A stretch of DNA of 64,000 nucleotides from Camelus dromedarius (Eukaryota). The stretch spans positions 97,404,001 through 97,468,000 of the forward strand of contig NC_087437.1 in assembly GCF_036321535.1 (NCBI RefSeq), read 5' to 3'. The translations under genes were made by a program, and so were the position numbers. Under the pieces are notes generated by a model. That model was not told where the DNA came from, made no database searches, and saw only the letters and a list, made by a program, of their open reading frames with translations. Positions 38,963 to 52,864 of the stretch are shown here, piece by piece; position 1 is the stretch's first letter, and every line of letters starts with the position of its first letter.

Positions 38963-41900
38963 GGAGTGGAATCTCAAGTTAACCTTGGTTAAGTGGCATT
39001 ACGATTCCACTACCTCTTTTACTAAACAAAAATCCAAGTCTTTAGCTTTTATTAAGATAACTGGTTGTAAATGATTATAGATAATGGAGTTAATCATGCA
39101 GGCAAGGAGGAACACTTTAAAATTCATTACAGATCTCACATTCACCTCCAGAAACATGATGGCCATCTTAAAGGAGTAATGGTTTAAATGTCTGCAAGCC
39201 TTCTGCACACATAATTCTTTTTATTCCTTCTTTTAGTCTAGTTTAGCTGTTCTCCTACTTCATTATGCATAAGAATTACTATACAGAATGTTACACCTAC
39301 AACAATATAGAATTTACTGTAGTTTATGCCAAAGATAGTAAGTATTCTGACTATATAATAGAATATTCCATGATGTCTTGATTCAAGAAATGAGCCTTGT
39401 CAGAAAAAGGATCCTAGATTCTCCAAACAAAGGTGGTTCCAAGTCTTTCTCACCAAACTGCCAAGTTCCAGAGAGGAAGAGAGAGACTGCAAGGCAACAC
39501 GTCCTAAGTTAGCTCAATATATAAATGTTCCCACCACTCGTTTGCCAACAAAACCCTCACTTTACTACCTCCATTCATTCTGAGTACGGCTAGGCAAGGA
39601 ATTATCAGCACTTGCTCAGTGTATTCGATCACTTATCCAACAGTTTCAAAGACACTGAGTGGAGATAATACAAGCACAACTATATGAGTTTGTGAAGGTT
39701 TTAGGTATAGTAGCCATAAATATGTGGACTTAGATCTTTTGAAGTATTTTTCACTTCAGTTTGGAGACCACTGGTGTGGAGATTGGATGGGAAGGACATA
39801 AGCCTAAAATCAGAGGGAGGAGTTAAGGGGCCCTTAGAGCCAATGAGGGCCTGGCCTAGGGTCAGAACAGAGCAGATGGAAAGAGAGAAAGTTAAAGAGG
39901 CAGAACGGGACAATTTGGGGGAAAGGTCTGATAGAAGGCAGTGGGGACAGGAGGTGAAATAGGTGACTCCCACGCTCCTGGTTTAGGTGATTCTGGAAAG
40001 ATCCTGTCATGATCTTAGACTGAGGGTGGTGTCTGACAATAGGCAAAACCATCCTAACACAAAGCAAACTTCTCACTTGTTGACTTTTTGGTTCCCATGG
40101 TCCTGAGACAGTTCACATATTCTGGCTGAGAGAGCTTCTCTGAGAGATCATAAACATGTGAAAAATAAAAGTGATTTGGGGGGAAAGAGAAGGAATTCCA
40201 TGTCAAATGCGGTAGATCTGAGGCTCTTTCAGACCTCAGGTTCTGGAAGGAGAGAAGACACAAACATTCCAGGACATAAGAAATTGCCTTTCTCTGGGTG
40301 ACTCTACAACTTAGAAGAGGCAGACAAACCTATAGGAGCATAAACAAGATTTTCTTCACGAACAGATCAGAGCCAACACAACAGAGAAAAAAGATTCAAA
40401 AATTAGGACGCACCTGGTCACTGCTTTTCTGATAATACAGTGGGCTCCTGGAAATGTAACTGCCTTGTTTCCACAAAAGGCAGGTGCCAACATGAGGCTG
40501 GAGTGGGGAAATCTGCCTAATTGATCCCTACATGAACTTCCATCATTTTAGGTACAGATTCCACAAAATATTCAGAAATATCTGTCCCTTTACAATTAAG
40601 TACAGAGTGCTTTTCATTTGAAAACAGAATTGCAGTCAATTCCTGATTATACAGCTGCAGATTACACACATTGGGGGTTACTATGCTGTAATAAATACTT
40701 TCATTTTTTATGTTAACTGACTTGGCACACAAAACTCTACTTACCCTGACTGCGTTCTGGCTGAACCAATCCACAAATCTCGTGAGCTCTAGAAAAGCTC
40801 TCCACGGCAAAATGTAGTATTGCCTCAGAATTGTTTAAATTAAAACAGAGGGTTCATATAAATCATCAAAGTATTATTAACAAATTTTATTTTTAAAAGT
40901 TAGAGTGGACAAAAGCCTTACTGATAAGTTGCTAAGACTTTAAAGAAACTTAATGGAGTGGGTGGAGTTGGATAACTGACCCCAGAAAAATGACCAGTCC
41001 TTAGGCTCTGAGGATACCAATTCTTTCTGTTCTTTAACAAGATGAGGATTTACATGCATGTACAGACAAGCAGGCACAATTTAATTATAGCCGTTTTCTT
41101 TTTTTTTAATCATTAATTCTATAGTTACAGAGCATCACCTGCATAAGGCTGTTATTGAGCTCAAGACCTGACAAACAATAAGATCTTTGCACTGACAAGT
41201 ACATTGGTCCCTTTCAAACCCTCCCCACTGCATCATACATTTTGCACAGATGGGGTTTCAACTCATTTTTGTATACCTTAGTTATCTGATGTCAGAAACT
41301 GATTTATTCTTACAAATTCCCATTCTGGAGTCCAATTCAGAATGAGCCTGTGTAATGAGAAGTCTGTAACATAACAACAAATACACTATTCTTCAGTTTT
41401 TGCACCTGTATGGCTACTTTTGCAGTTTTATAAATAACTTTACTGTGCGGCCCAGATAAATGACCTTTGAAACACTTTTCTTTTTTCAGTCACCTTAAGC
41501 ACATGGGAGAATCTTCTGTTTGTTTTCGTATTTCCTCTTATTTTCAGTGTATGGTTCTCTTACGAGAACATGGTTACTCCCTTAAAACCTCATCTCATTC
41601 TATAATATTTAATACAACACTTATGATGTTCTGATTCAAAACAGTAATCCTAAAGGACATTTAAACTAGCAGGGAAAAATGGTAAGGCAGACAAAAAAAA
41701 TGTCAAAAATGATAGATCTGAAATTTAGAAGCTTAGAGAAGAAATAAGCTAGGAGAAACAAAATGGGATCATTCAGCCTCCTAGTAAAATCAATATGTCT
41801 TTTGGATGAAAAAAACCAAATGTAACCAACCGGTTTCTTTGACAGGAAAAAGTAGAAAGGAAAACCGTCTCACTGAAAGCAATTAAGAAAGCACACTAAG

Positions 41901-42039
41901 TCATTTTACAATTAGGATTTCTTTGCAATAAATTCAAAGATTAGTGACACCTATTCACGTGAATCCATGTTTAATATTTCATGGGGTTTCAGATATTCTT
42001 CAGGTTGTATATTTACTAAATGTCTTAAAATGTTTTCAT

Positions 42040-42970
42040 TGTAAAATAGATAAAGTAAACCACACAAAAGTATTTGTATGGCTTAACAAATTAGCTCAAG
42101 ACGTACAAACTGTAACCACAGTTCACTTCAAGATAGGACTTTGCTACTCATCCTAGAAGCCACTTCCATGGACCACATCCCTATCACAGCCCTTCTCTCC
42201 CTCCAAAAGCAACCACTTTTCTGTTACTGTAATCCCTCCTTGTTTTTATTTTTAAATAGATTTGCAACCTAAACGTACTTCCACAGAAACTGTAATTTAA
42301 TTTTGCCCATTTTTGAAGTTTGCTATGTTTTTAAAGTTATTTTTTATTGAAATATAGTCTGTTTATAATGTGTTAATTTCTGGTGTACAGCATATGTGAT
42401 TCAGTTATACAGATATGTATATTCCTTTTCATATTATTTTTCATTATAGGCTATTACAAGGTATCGGATATCGTTCCCTGTGCTACACAGTGGGATCATG
42501 CCATTTATCTATTTCATATATAGTAATTAGTATCTGAAAATCTTTGATAGTTTCCCTCCATCTTTTTCTTTTCCAGTGATGTTTTCTATAGTTCAGATTT
42601 TGCTGGTTGCAACCTCATGGTACAATTCCATATGTTCTTCTGTTCTCTGTATATCTTGCAAACTGGAAGCTGGATCACACTCAGGTTCTGTTTCTTTTGT
42701 GAACTATAGGTGGTGATGTGTTTTTTCATCACATGATGTCTAGTTGTCTATCCTTTTGTGATGTTAAAAGCCACTAATCATTGGGCCTATCTCTATTAAT
42801 TCACTAGGGGTTGCAAAAAATGATACTTAAATTTTGATATATCTTTTAAATTTATTATGTGTGACATTTTTATAAAGAGATGTTTCTCAGGTACTCTTTA
42901 ATTAATGGTACAGTTCATATAAAAATGCCATGATAAGTCTTTTCCTTTCCTGACCAGTTTTTCAGATACC
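42040..42970 (-). mobile_element. Old L1 3' region remnant, interrupted by a younger L1 tail
   Basis: T-rich antisense L1-like text: 'gcaaccacttttctg', 'ctattaattcactaggggttgcaaaa'. Confidence 0.5.
42338..42542 (-). mobile_element. Short cetartiodactyl (camelid-type) L1 3' end
   Basis: 'ttttattgaaatatagtc...atttctggtgtacagca...ttttcattataggctattacaag...gttccctgtgctacacag'. Confidence 0.85.
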
Positions 42971-44109
42971 TTCAATACGGCATTTTCAATCATTCAATTC
43001 ACTTTTTTTCTGTACTTTCAATCAAGCATGACTTTATTCAAGCTATCAATCATGATGCTGAAATAACAGTAACATGTATTTGTCCAGAAAGTAGAGTGCA
43101 TAAAATGAACCAAAAAGTCACCAGCTGCTGAAACAGTTGCTGAAAAATCAATGTATGAAGTGTCATTATCCCTAAAATACACATTTATCTGCCAGAGAAA
43201 AATGTTTATTTGTTTCAAAATAGAAGAGAAAAGGTAGCTAAATGTCACAATATTTTCAGAATGTTTCAAAACTAGCTGCAACATAGTGGCATAATTCACT
43301 TCCTTACCCTTGGTGACCTACTGACAAGCTGATTCTTTTTTTACATATAGTAGAAAGCACAGAGAGTACCTTAAAATTAAATCAAATATACTCAAATCTT
43401 CCACTACTCTTTAGTAATAATCCAATCTGGAAATGGCTCAGCTGGCAAAGTGATTTCTAAACAGCTGTCTTGTTATTGGCAATGAGAATCTTTTCTTACA
43501 CTTCTGTTTATTTTTGTCCATCTTTATATCAATTTGAAATCCTTTCAGTATTATATTAGTTACAGCTATTGTGGTCTTTGAACTTTTCTATCTAATCTTC
43601 AAAGCAGTGCAATCATCCTAAAAAATCACTACAGTTTTGACTGACTCATCCCACTAGTGCCTACATGGCTGCAGAAATATATTAGTTTTAATCCTGATGA
43701 TTTCAAAGAATATACCTTTAATTCATCGTAACTTTTTCCAAAGATGGAGACTCTAAACAGTGAAAGAGAAGTCAAACCAAACCTGTATCAAGTTTTCTGA
43801 TCTGGGGACATTGCTGCTGCTTTTAGGTTAAGTCACAAAGGCAGTTTATTCTGATTTGGAAATGTCTGTCCATATCTCTCCAACCTCCCTGTTAAGACAT
43901 TTCATATTTTCTCTTTTCAGTTAAAATCCAATATGGGCATGTATTTTTTTCTGACTCCAGGGCCATCTCCTCCGATCTCTTACGCTCTACTGTTCAGTTC
44001 TGATTGCATTTCAATGACTCGGCTATGTGTTCACCTAGGAATGTGTATCAGGTGCCAAGAAGGAATCTTTAAATAAATTCTTATTGAAGCATAGCACAGA
44101 CTCAGAGTG

Positions 44110-44466
44110 TTATCCAGATGCCCATAGGCTCCCATACAGGTACCAGCTTCCTCTGCAGTGGGGTTGCCAGTATTTGATCAGGTTCTTGGCATTGAGATGT
44201 GAATAAAAGTGATGTAAACCGTTTCCAGGCATGGTGCTTAAAATCATCCTACACGAACCCCAAGCTCTTTGATCCCTCTCTGGGGACTTGGGAAGCCTGG
44301 ATTCCAAACGATACAGCTGAAAGACAGAAACTGAGGCACTGTTTGGAGAGGAAAGCCTTGACCCACAATGAACTCTATGTGAGGGAAAAATAAACCTATT
44401 TTGTGTTAAGTCATGGGGAGGTTTGTCTTTTGCAACATGTGACATCAACTCAGTCCAACTAAAACA
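44110..44466 (+). mobile_element. MLT1 (J/K-like) LTR
   Basis: 3' end 'tgtgagggaaaaataaacctattttgtgttaagtca...aactaaaaca'. Confidence 0.65.
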
Positions 44467-44699
44467 AAGAAAATGGTTTAATGTGTATAATTTATATTTT
44501 AAGAAGAAACTCCTGGATAAATTTTGCTTTAGTGGACTGCCCCTGATTATATTTTTATCACATCTCCAAAATAAACAAAATAAAACAAAACAAAAATAGC
44601 CATCTTTCCTAATTAATTTTTGGCTGGCCATTCATTTGCTATCAGATGAAACTGAAGCCAACCATAAGTCATTTCTTCTGGTATAAAAAGAGTAAGTTC

Positions 44700-45270
44700 A
44701 TAGAGGCAGGAAGGCACGTGTTTGAATTTTGGCTCTGCATTTTTCCAAGTGTGCAGCTGTAGGCAAATTATTTAACATCTCTGAGATATAGCTTTGCTCC
44801 TCTACACTGGAAATAAAATATTTTTCCATGAATATTGTGAGTCCTATCAAAAGCATAATAATAGAATTTATTTCCCTTATCTGTAATATTCAGTCTTTAA
44901 TTAGATTTTCATGGGACCAAACATTCACAAGAGATTCATTCATTCACTATTCATATTATTTACTCATGGTTAACTAACAACATATTCTAATGACTGAAGT
45001 TGGATTATCCCACTATAAACATCACTGCCCAGCAGACAGCCTGGTATATTAAGTTAATAGAAGTTGTTTTATTTCTGGGATTTAGAATAAGGCAGATCTA
45101 AATTTAAACACTGGTTTTGCTCAATTACACTGGCAATTGGCATAAATGTATGAGTCTCAGTTTTCTCAAATGAAAAATGAGAATAATAAAAAGTAATATT
45201 TACCTCAGAAATTATATTGAGTAAATAAAACATGATTAGAAGTATCTGACAACTTCCTGGGACAAAACAA
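44700..45270 (+). mobile_element. Two MIR copies (about 44700-44860 and 45085-45270)
   Basis: 'gtttgaattttggctctgca...ggcaaattatttaacatctctgag'; 'gtctcagttttctcaaatgaaaaatgagaataata'. Confidence 0.65.
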
Positions 45271-46719
45271 GAGATTAGTTCCCTTCCTGAAATTTTACAG
45301 GTTTATATGAATTTCAAAGATCTTTAGACAGCTTCCTTATTTAACACTGTTAGGCATTGCTAGTTTGTAAGAATCCACAGGGGGCTTAGGCTGATAAACT
45401 GATTCACCACAATAGACTCACAGAGAACCCTAATTAAATATCTTATACTATTTCCATTAATAAGTATTAACACAGATACATACATTAGAAAGACAATCCC
45501 CAAATCCCTATCTAAAGTTAAAAAAAATTAAATAAATGTATATTAACCAATCCTCCAAAGAATTCCTCTGAAAGATTTAACAGTTCATATCAAATATTCC
45601 ATTTAATGGTCCATTCTATATACTCCATCAATCTTTTGATTGACTGACTTTGAAGCTCTATTAATGCATCTCCTACAGTCAAAGTTTTAATGGAGTTTAA
45701 TGGAACTCATCCAAATCTATAATAGCATATTCCCCCTAAATTAACTTATAACCTACAAGTTAATGAAATGAATGTAGCTACCATTTACCCAGAGGGAGTC
45801 AAAATTCTGGACCCATCGCCAGGGAGATAGGTTAGTGGCTTAGCACCCTTTTGTTCAGCCCTGGAACACCATATACCTGGAAGTGCATTAAGGATGTTAC
45901 TAAACTCTTATGCATCTTTTAATAAGAGCATTGGGCACCAAAGAATCTAAATTGCACTTCAAAGCTCATAAGAATATTTAGCAACTGCACAAATTGAACC
46001 AAACTGTTCAAGACCTGTGGTGAAGCCTTAAGTTTATTTTAAACTTTGTATAGCACTTTACATCTAATGAGACCGCTGATGTTTATTGAATACATCAACA
46101 TACATGTGCTACTCTAAATAAACTGCAGTTAAATAGTTAAGTTGCTAAAAATGAAACTCACAACTGACTGACAAACTATTCATCCCTCCCTGAAAAAAAA
46201 AAAAAAATCCCAGAAATGGCTGAGTTGCCCAGAAAAGACTTGATCCTCTCTCTTGAGTTCAAAGGTAATAAAGTGTTTGGGAAATGGGTCATTTGAGGAA
46301 AGACTACAGAGCTGAATTTATTTACAACAGAGAACAGAAGGCTGACAAAGTGTATGGTGGAGGTGCTGGAGGCTGGGGGATTTACAATTTTCAACTATAT
46401 AAAGCAATAGCATATGGGAGGTGTTAAGCAGCTGTTCTATTTCTGCTCAGGAAATAGTTATGCTTAGGAGCCCTAGCCAGCAGAAATAGGACCAATGGAT
46501 CAAAGTTACAGCCAGGCAAATATTAGCTCATCATATAAAAAGAGCATTTTTAAAATTAGAGTTGTTGGAAATTGAAATAGGTTGCCTTGGGAGGCAGCAT
46601 GCCCTGGTGGCTCTGGTGCCTCACTGAGCAGCCAGCCTTGGCATATCTCTATTACAAAGCTGTCTCGGTTCAGAGTGAAAAGGAAAGACACAACAAAGAC
46701 AAAGAAAGGGAAGAGGGGC

Positions 46720-46738
46720 AGAGAGAGAGAGAGAGAGA
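46720..46738. repeat. (AG)n microsatellite
   Basis: Directly visible. Confidence 0.9.
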
Positions 46739-47099
46739 AATATTTCCAGATGAGCCTCATAGAAGACCAGGATAATACCTGCTAGGGGTGGAAGACTTAT
46801 TTATGAGTTCTTTAATGGAGTGTTTTAATTCTACAAACCAGGGATTCAGTAACTAGTCTGGTATGGTAAATGATTTACTAATAAGGATGCAGGGATTTTG
46901 AAGTTTTTCTCTGACTACTGCAGAGAGGAAAGTGGGGAGGAAAAATAAAGAAGAGGGAAGATGCAAGAAAGGAGAAGGGAGACCCAGCTTCCCAGTGAGC
47001 TCAGGAACCTTGGAGGAACATGGCCTTGAATTTTTAGAAGTAATGGTGTGTGATTTTGAATTCAAAGCAGTTTCCTAGTCTACATTGTGTTAAACCCTA

Positions 47100-48800
47100 T
47101 TATTCCTTCATTCAACAAAGAGTTTCTGGCTGCCTACCATGAGGCAGGGAGTTTTCTACAGCACGGAGATTCAGTGAAGAGCAAAACACCCTCTTAGATG
47201 TCAGCTCTAACGATGAAGACATCACAAACAAGTAAACTGATTAATATATAATAAGTTTGCAAGTAGTTAAAATGTGCCACAAAGGAAAAAAAAATCAAAA
47301 TTGGTAAAAAGGAAATGTGGTATTTTCACATCTGATGGGCAGAAGTTTCCCTGATGAAGTGAGGTTTGAGCAGATACTTGGGGAAAGTAGGAATCAGCCA
47401 TGTGGTGACCCAGAGGGTGTGTGTTTCAGACGGAGGTCACAACAAATGCACAGGCCCTGGAGGCGGAATGGGCTATGTGGGTTCAGGAACCAAGTGATGA
47501 AGAAGAGAGAGGAGCTGAAGCACTGAGGCAGTCAGGAGCTTGATCCTGCAAGGCTACTGGTCTTGCATTTTATTCTAAGTTTGCAGTTGAGGCAGGGAGT
47601 GATAATGTTCTGATTTACATTTTTAAAGTATCACCTCTTAGGAGAAATAGTATGGGGATTTGGACCAGGAGGGAGTTTGTGGAGTTTGAGATCGTTTATC
47701 ATATCCAGATTATATTTTAAAGGGGAGTGGTTTCAAACTTTTGATACATTGGATATGTGGCAAAAGGAAAAGAAAGGAATCAAGGTTTTAAGCACAAGAA
47801 ACTGAGTGAACGTTGATGCCACTTACAGAGAAGAGAAAAACAGGTTTGAGGGGACAGAGAATCAAGAATTCCATCTTGGATGTGTTAAAACTAGAGCTCA
47901 GGGCTGAGAGATAAATATGGATGTCATTAGCATATAAACGGTATATGCAAAATAAAAAGTGGGTGCCTGAATGAGCTCATTGAGAGCGAGTATAGACAGA
48001 GATGTGAGAAGAAAGCCACACACTGAATCCTAGGGGATCACAACTTTAAACAACAGAAACAAAGTGGAGGATCTAACAAAGGAGATCAGAAAAGCCATAG
48101 AAATAGGAGGAAATGAAAGAATTAATGTCCTGAAATTCAAGTGAAGGGTATATTTCTTAGAAGGGAGGAATCAGCTCTTGACTCCCTTATTAAAAGAAGG
48201 CAGTGAGTTCAAATAAAATAAGGCTGATAATCAAACGTTGGGACTTGGCATGATGGAGGTTCTGGGGGACTGAAGAGGGAGGCTTTAGAAAGTTTGTGAG
48301 GATAAAAATCTGATTGGACTAGGCTAAGGATTGAGGTTGATCAATTGAACAAGACAGTATTTTGCATTCTTTTGAGAAACTGTGCTGTAAAAGGGAGCAG
48401 AAGAATAGAGGAGTACAATGGAAGGGTTGCTTTTGTTTTTTGTTGTTTGTTTGTTTACGTTGGGAGACACTGCACCATGCTGGCACGCTAAGGAACTTGT
48501 CCCACACAAAGGGCAGAGGTACGATTTAGGAGAGATCTGCGCAAAAGGAGCAAAAGCCTTCCAGTGGATGACTGAAGAGATGAGGCAGAGTGGATAAGTT
48601 ATCCTCAGAAGAAACAAAGGCAGCACATCCATAGAAAGGCAGGTTTGTTTGTTTGTTTTGCAGGGGGAACTGCATTTTCTATGAGTTATTTCTTTTTCTC
48701 AGTGAAATAGGAAGTAAGATTTTGAAATGTGAATAGAGTTGAGGGGCTGTTGAATGCTTGACAGAAAAGGTGTGAAACAGTCATCTCTGAAACTGTTTTT
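47100..48800 (-). mobile_element. Long L2 LINE segment including the 3' end
   Basis: 'ttcattcaacaaa', 'ttttattctaagt', 'aatcaagaattccatcttggatgtgttaa', 'gtcattagcatata'. Confidence 0.75.
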
Positions 48801-49057
48801 CCTAATTACAAGGACATAAATAAGGACACATTAAACAAAACATGCATATGTATAAGAACATACCCTTTACTTATTGAAATTAATAAAAAGTTGAACATTA
48901 TATTCATTCACTTTTACATCAGGGTAACTCTATGTAACCTGCAACTTTTAAATTAAGTATGCATCATGAATTCATGATACAAACCCAACTTATTTCAATT
49001 AAGTATAATTATTACTTTTAATTCAAGTTTTCTATCTAGGTCTTGGCCAGTGGTGTG

Positions 49058-49370
49058 TGTGGTAAGGACAGAATTCTAAGATGGTACCAAGATTCCCACT
49101 TACTCTCTCCCCCACCATCACCCTCCACTCATGCACCTAATGTAATTCCTCCTCTTGAATGGGAATGAGGACTATGAATATGATGGGATATTACTCCTAT
49201 TGGGTTACCCTGCTAGGAAAAAGTAAAAAGATTTTGTGGATGTAGTTAATTCTCTAAAAATTAGCTTTAAGATAATCCTACAAGGATTATTTAGGTAGGA
49301 CTGGCCTAATCAGGTGGATTCTATAAAAAATGTCAGAGACATTTAAAATAGCAGAGATATTCTCTAGATT
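49058..49370 (+). mobile_element. MLT1E-like LTR, 5' part
   Basis: 'tgtggtaaggacagaattctaagatgg...ggactatgaatatgatgggata...gcctaatcaggtg'. Confidence 0.8.
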
Positions 49371-50439
49371 AGAGAACTAGATAGGGAAAAAGTATTCTTT
49401 TAGAACAGGATGTATGAGGACCTTGGGAAAAGAGTGGACACATTGGGGATTTTGCTGATGACAGACCCTGATTTCCAGGAAGCATAGTCAGAGGAAAGAA
49501 AAAATATGAAATAGTTACCCTGGAGTGAGGAAAAGTGAGCCTGCTGAAAAAACATAATACAACATTTGAGGTCCGTGATCATGAACTTTAAGTACAACAA
49601 TCAGTCTTGTTGAATAATTGTTTAAATAAATGGTTTACCATTAGGATACAATTAAGGAAAAGTAAGAGTTTAGGTGGATCCAGGGTCAGAGTTTCGCCAG
49701 CAAGTAAGGTGGAGGAGAAAGAAGCAAGCAAATGGGAACTCACTGTAAGGGACTAATTACAGTAAGCATGGAGTCTCAACTATGTATGGGATCATCCCCG
49801 CTTAAAGCTGATGAACAGGGTATAAAAACTAGCGGGACAATGGAATTAAAGTTTCAACTAGTTCAAATAATTTTTCCAGGTACAATACTGAGCGAGAGTG
49901 TAACAGTGCAGACATCCATGTCATATCCAATCCTGGGGTAAGAAAGGGTAGGAGGAACAATGGCTTCCACCAGGGCAGGCTGCACGGTCAGCTCTGATGC
50001 TAGGAATTAAAGCCAACACTCAAATAATCAACCGAGACCAGAGGAGTACTTCCTGACCACTAAAGTTCATTCCTACAGTAGATTGGAGGGGGAGGGAGAC
50101 AGTGAGGAAAGGGAAGGAAGCCTGGGTCACATCATTGTAGTCTGTCATTGACTTACTAGAAGGTGGAGTTGTCAACATCTTTCATCCTTTGTTACCCATG
50201 GGCAATGGATGTTATCTCTGGTTTGGTTATTGTGCTATAATCTGAAGGTTTTTTATTCTACTCTTTCTGGAAGAGAGCAACATTTAGTCTGGATCCTAGG
50301 TGAAGACAGATTCAGCCACATCATGGCCTTCCCGGCATAATTCCATTCTGGATAGCCTGGATACAGTAGCCTTGGTTTTATTGTTTGACTAATTATAATG
50401 TCATCCATTTATATGCATTAAATTAGACTTTCATTCTTA

Positions 50440-50912
50440 TGACAAATTGAAATGATCATGCTCACAGTTCAGGCATACAGAAATGGAGTTGGTCGGCCAC
50501 TGAGGATCTGGTCTAGGACACATCTCTGCACCACTAAAAACCTGAACTTTCTTTGAACTGATCCAGACCCAAGGACACCACCAGGAATATTCAGAACAAT
50601 ACCTGCCAGCTGCAACCTTATGGCCCAAAATTCTCCCCTTGTAACTATGCAACCACTTTGGACCCCAACCAATCCTTAACTAAGAAGCACCCTTACTTTG
50701 TAACAGTTCCAATAATTCTTTATAAACAAGCCATGTAACTAAATGTAACTTTGCAGGTTTTTGCCTTTATAAGCCTCTTCTATTTTGTAGTCAGGCTGAA
50801 TACAATTCAAGTGCTTCTTGAATTTATGTCTCCTGGGCTGCAGTCCTAGTAAATCCTCAGTAAACACTTTTTAATTTCAATCAGGTCTCCATTTCTGAAA
50901 ATTTCGTTAACA
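50440..50912 (+). mobile_element. ERV1-like solo LTR
   Basis: CCAAT, TATA-like 'gcctttataag', 'tcctgggctgcagtcct', an AGTAAA polyA-like signal and a '...gttaaca' end; start uncertain. Confidence 0.65.
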
Positions 50913-51140
50913 ATCTCCTTCCTTGTCTCAAATTGAAAGAACTATTAAATATGTTTTTAGAAAAAAATAAATGGTATTTAATCCAACAGGAAAAGTTGAG
51001 TGGCAGGTATGGGATTGTCCCATTAATTGTCTATCCTACAATTTACCCTTGTAATCTGTTCCTTCGTAATATGTTAATGTCTTCACTGATAGATCCTGTA
51101 TTTTGTTCAAGGTGGCAACAAATCCAATACCAAGGCATGG

Positions 51141-51312
51141 CTGGTGGTTCTCAGCTAGGGGATGGGGACACGATTTTGGCCCTCCCTCCCTGGGTACATC
51201 TGATTTTCTATTGCCATCTACCAGGTAGAGGCCAGGGATGCTGCTGAGATCATAAAATGCACAGGACAGGCCCTACAACAAAGAATTACCAAACCTCCAA
51301 TGAGAAATCTTG
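51141..51312 (+). mobile_element. MER20 hAT-Charlie DNA transposon
   Basis: 'gtggttctca...ggtagaggccagggatgctgct...aatgcacaggacag...acaacaaagaatta'. Confidence 0.85.
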
Positions 51313-51373
51313 GTCTGAGCCAGGCATGACAAGGCTCATCTTCAGTCTTCAGCCTTCCTTGTAGCCATAGGCA

Positions 51374-51640
51374 TGTTATGAACTGAACTGTGCCTTTCAA
51401 AATTTATATGTTGAAACCCTAACCCCCAGAGTAACTATATGTGGGAATAGGACCTTTAGGGAGGTAATTAGGTTAACTGAGGTCATGAAATGGGGACCCT
51501 AACCCAATTCTTTCTGTGTGTGCACACCCAGACAAAAGGCCTTGTGAGGATCCAGCAGCAAGAAGGTGACTATTTACCAGCCAGGAAGAGAGCTCTCACC
51601 AGAAATCAATACAGATGGCACCTTGATCTTGGAGTCTGAA
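51374..51640 (+). mobile_element. MLT1A-like LTR, 3'-truncated
   Basis: 'tgttatgaactgaactgtg...tatgttgaaaccctaacccc...ggcaccttgatcttgga'. Confidence 0.85.
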
Positions 51641-51790
51641 TTCTTCTTTATATGTGTGTATAATAAAATTTATAAGGTGGTTATGATTCATGCTTGTCTC
51701 ATTAAAAAATGGCATTTATGAAGATATGTTTCTGACTCATGAACATATTTTAAAAATTATTTTCTGTTCATGAAGTTCCTAATCTATTTA

Positions 51791-52770
51791 TGATATAGAG
51801 ATTTATAGAAAAAATATATGTTTGGTTATTCAGATGACCAAACATATATTTTTTTCTCAGATATATTTCGTCTTCATTCATAGTTTCCAGCTCAAGGCTC
51901 CCAAAACCCATGGCATTTACTGAGCAATAAGAATAATGGGATAACATTTGGTCTTAAGTACTCCATTCCTGAAAATGCTTCAGGGAAGGCGACTTTTGGG
52001 TCCCACCCAAGGATGGGGACTATTTGCTAGGTGAACCAACTCCTGTTTTAGGGGGTTGGAACATTCAGTCCCTCCTCCTGATTTCCAGGCAGAGAGAGAG
52101 GACGGAGATTGAATCACTCGCTGTTGGCCAATGATTTAGTCAATTACGACTATGTAATGAATAAAAACCCAAAGGGCAGCTTTTTGTCCCTTTTTTTTTT
52201 TTTTGGAGACCATCCATGTTGGAGAACCAGAATGCTCCCAAGTGCCACAAGTGCTGTTGCCCACAGTTCATAAGGACAGAAGTTCTTTGGTTCAGAATCT
52301 CATCTCTCTGTTGATTCAAATCCTCTAATTTCCTTTTATAATAAACTGGTAATCTAGAGAGTAAACATGGGTTTCCTGAGTTCTGTCAGTCCTTCTAGCA
52401 AATTAATCAAACCCAAAAAGTGGGTCATGGGAATCTCTAATTTATAGGCAATCGGTCACAAGCACAAGTAGCAAACTGGATTTGTGGCTGGTGTCCTGAA
52501 TTGGAGGGGATCCTTGGAACCTCCAGTTTGTAGCTGGTCAATCAGAAGAACAGCTGACAACCTGGGCATAAACTGGTGATTGAAATGAAGGGTGGTCCCG
52601 TGGGACTGAGCCCTTTGCCTACAGAATCTGATTCTCTCTGAGTACACAGCATTGGAACTGAGTTGAATTCTCAGACACATTGCAGCAGGCCTCTGAGAAT
52701 TGCATGTTGGTGTGGGGAAGCCTCCACATACATAGGCTGGAACTGAGTCTGGGAAACCCTTCTCATTATT
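51791..52770 (+). mobile_element. MER21-family ERVL LTR
   Basis: 'ggccaatgatttagtcaat...tatgtaatgaa', 'tttcctgagttctgt...ctagcaaattaatcaaaccc', 'gtgggactgagccct'; ends approximate. Confidence 0.8.
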
Positions 52771-52864
52771 CTCTATTTTCTTTGATATTTTTTGACACAG
52801 ATCAAGTTTGCTAAGCAAACTATGCCTCGGTTTTGCTAGATGGAATATTCTCTGTTGAATATGA

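Noticed and set aside
44110..44631. Longest ORF (173 aa, minus strand)
   Set aside because: Reads antisense through an MLT1 LTR and a (CAAAA)-type tract; no recognisable protein
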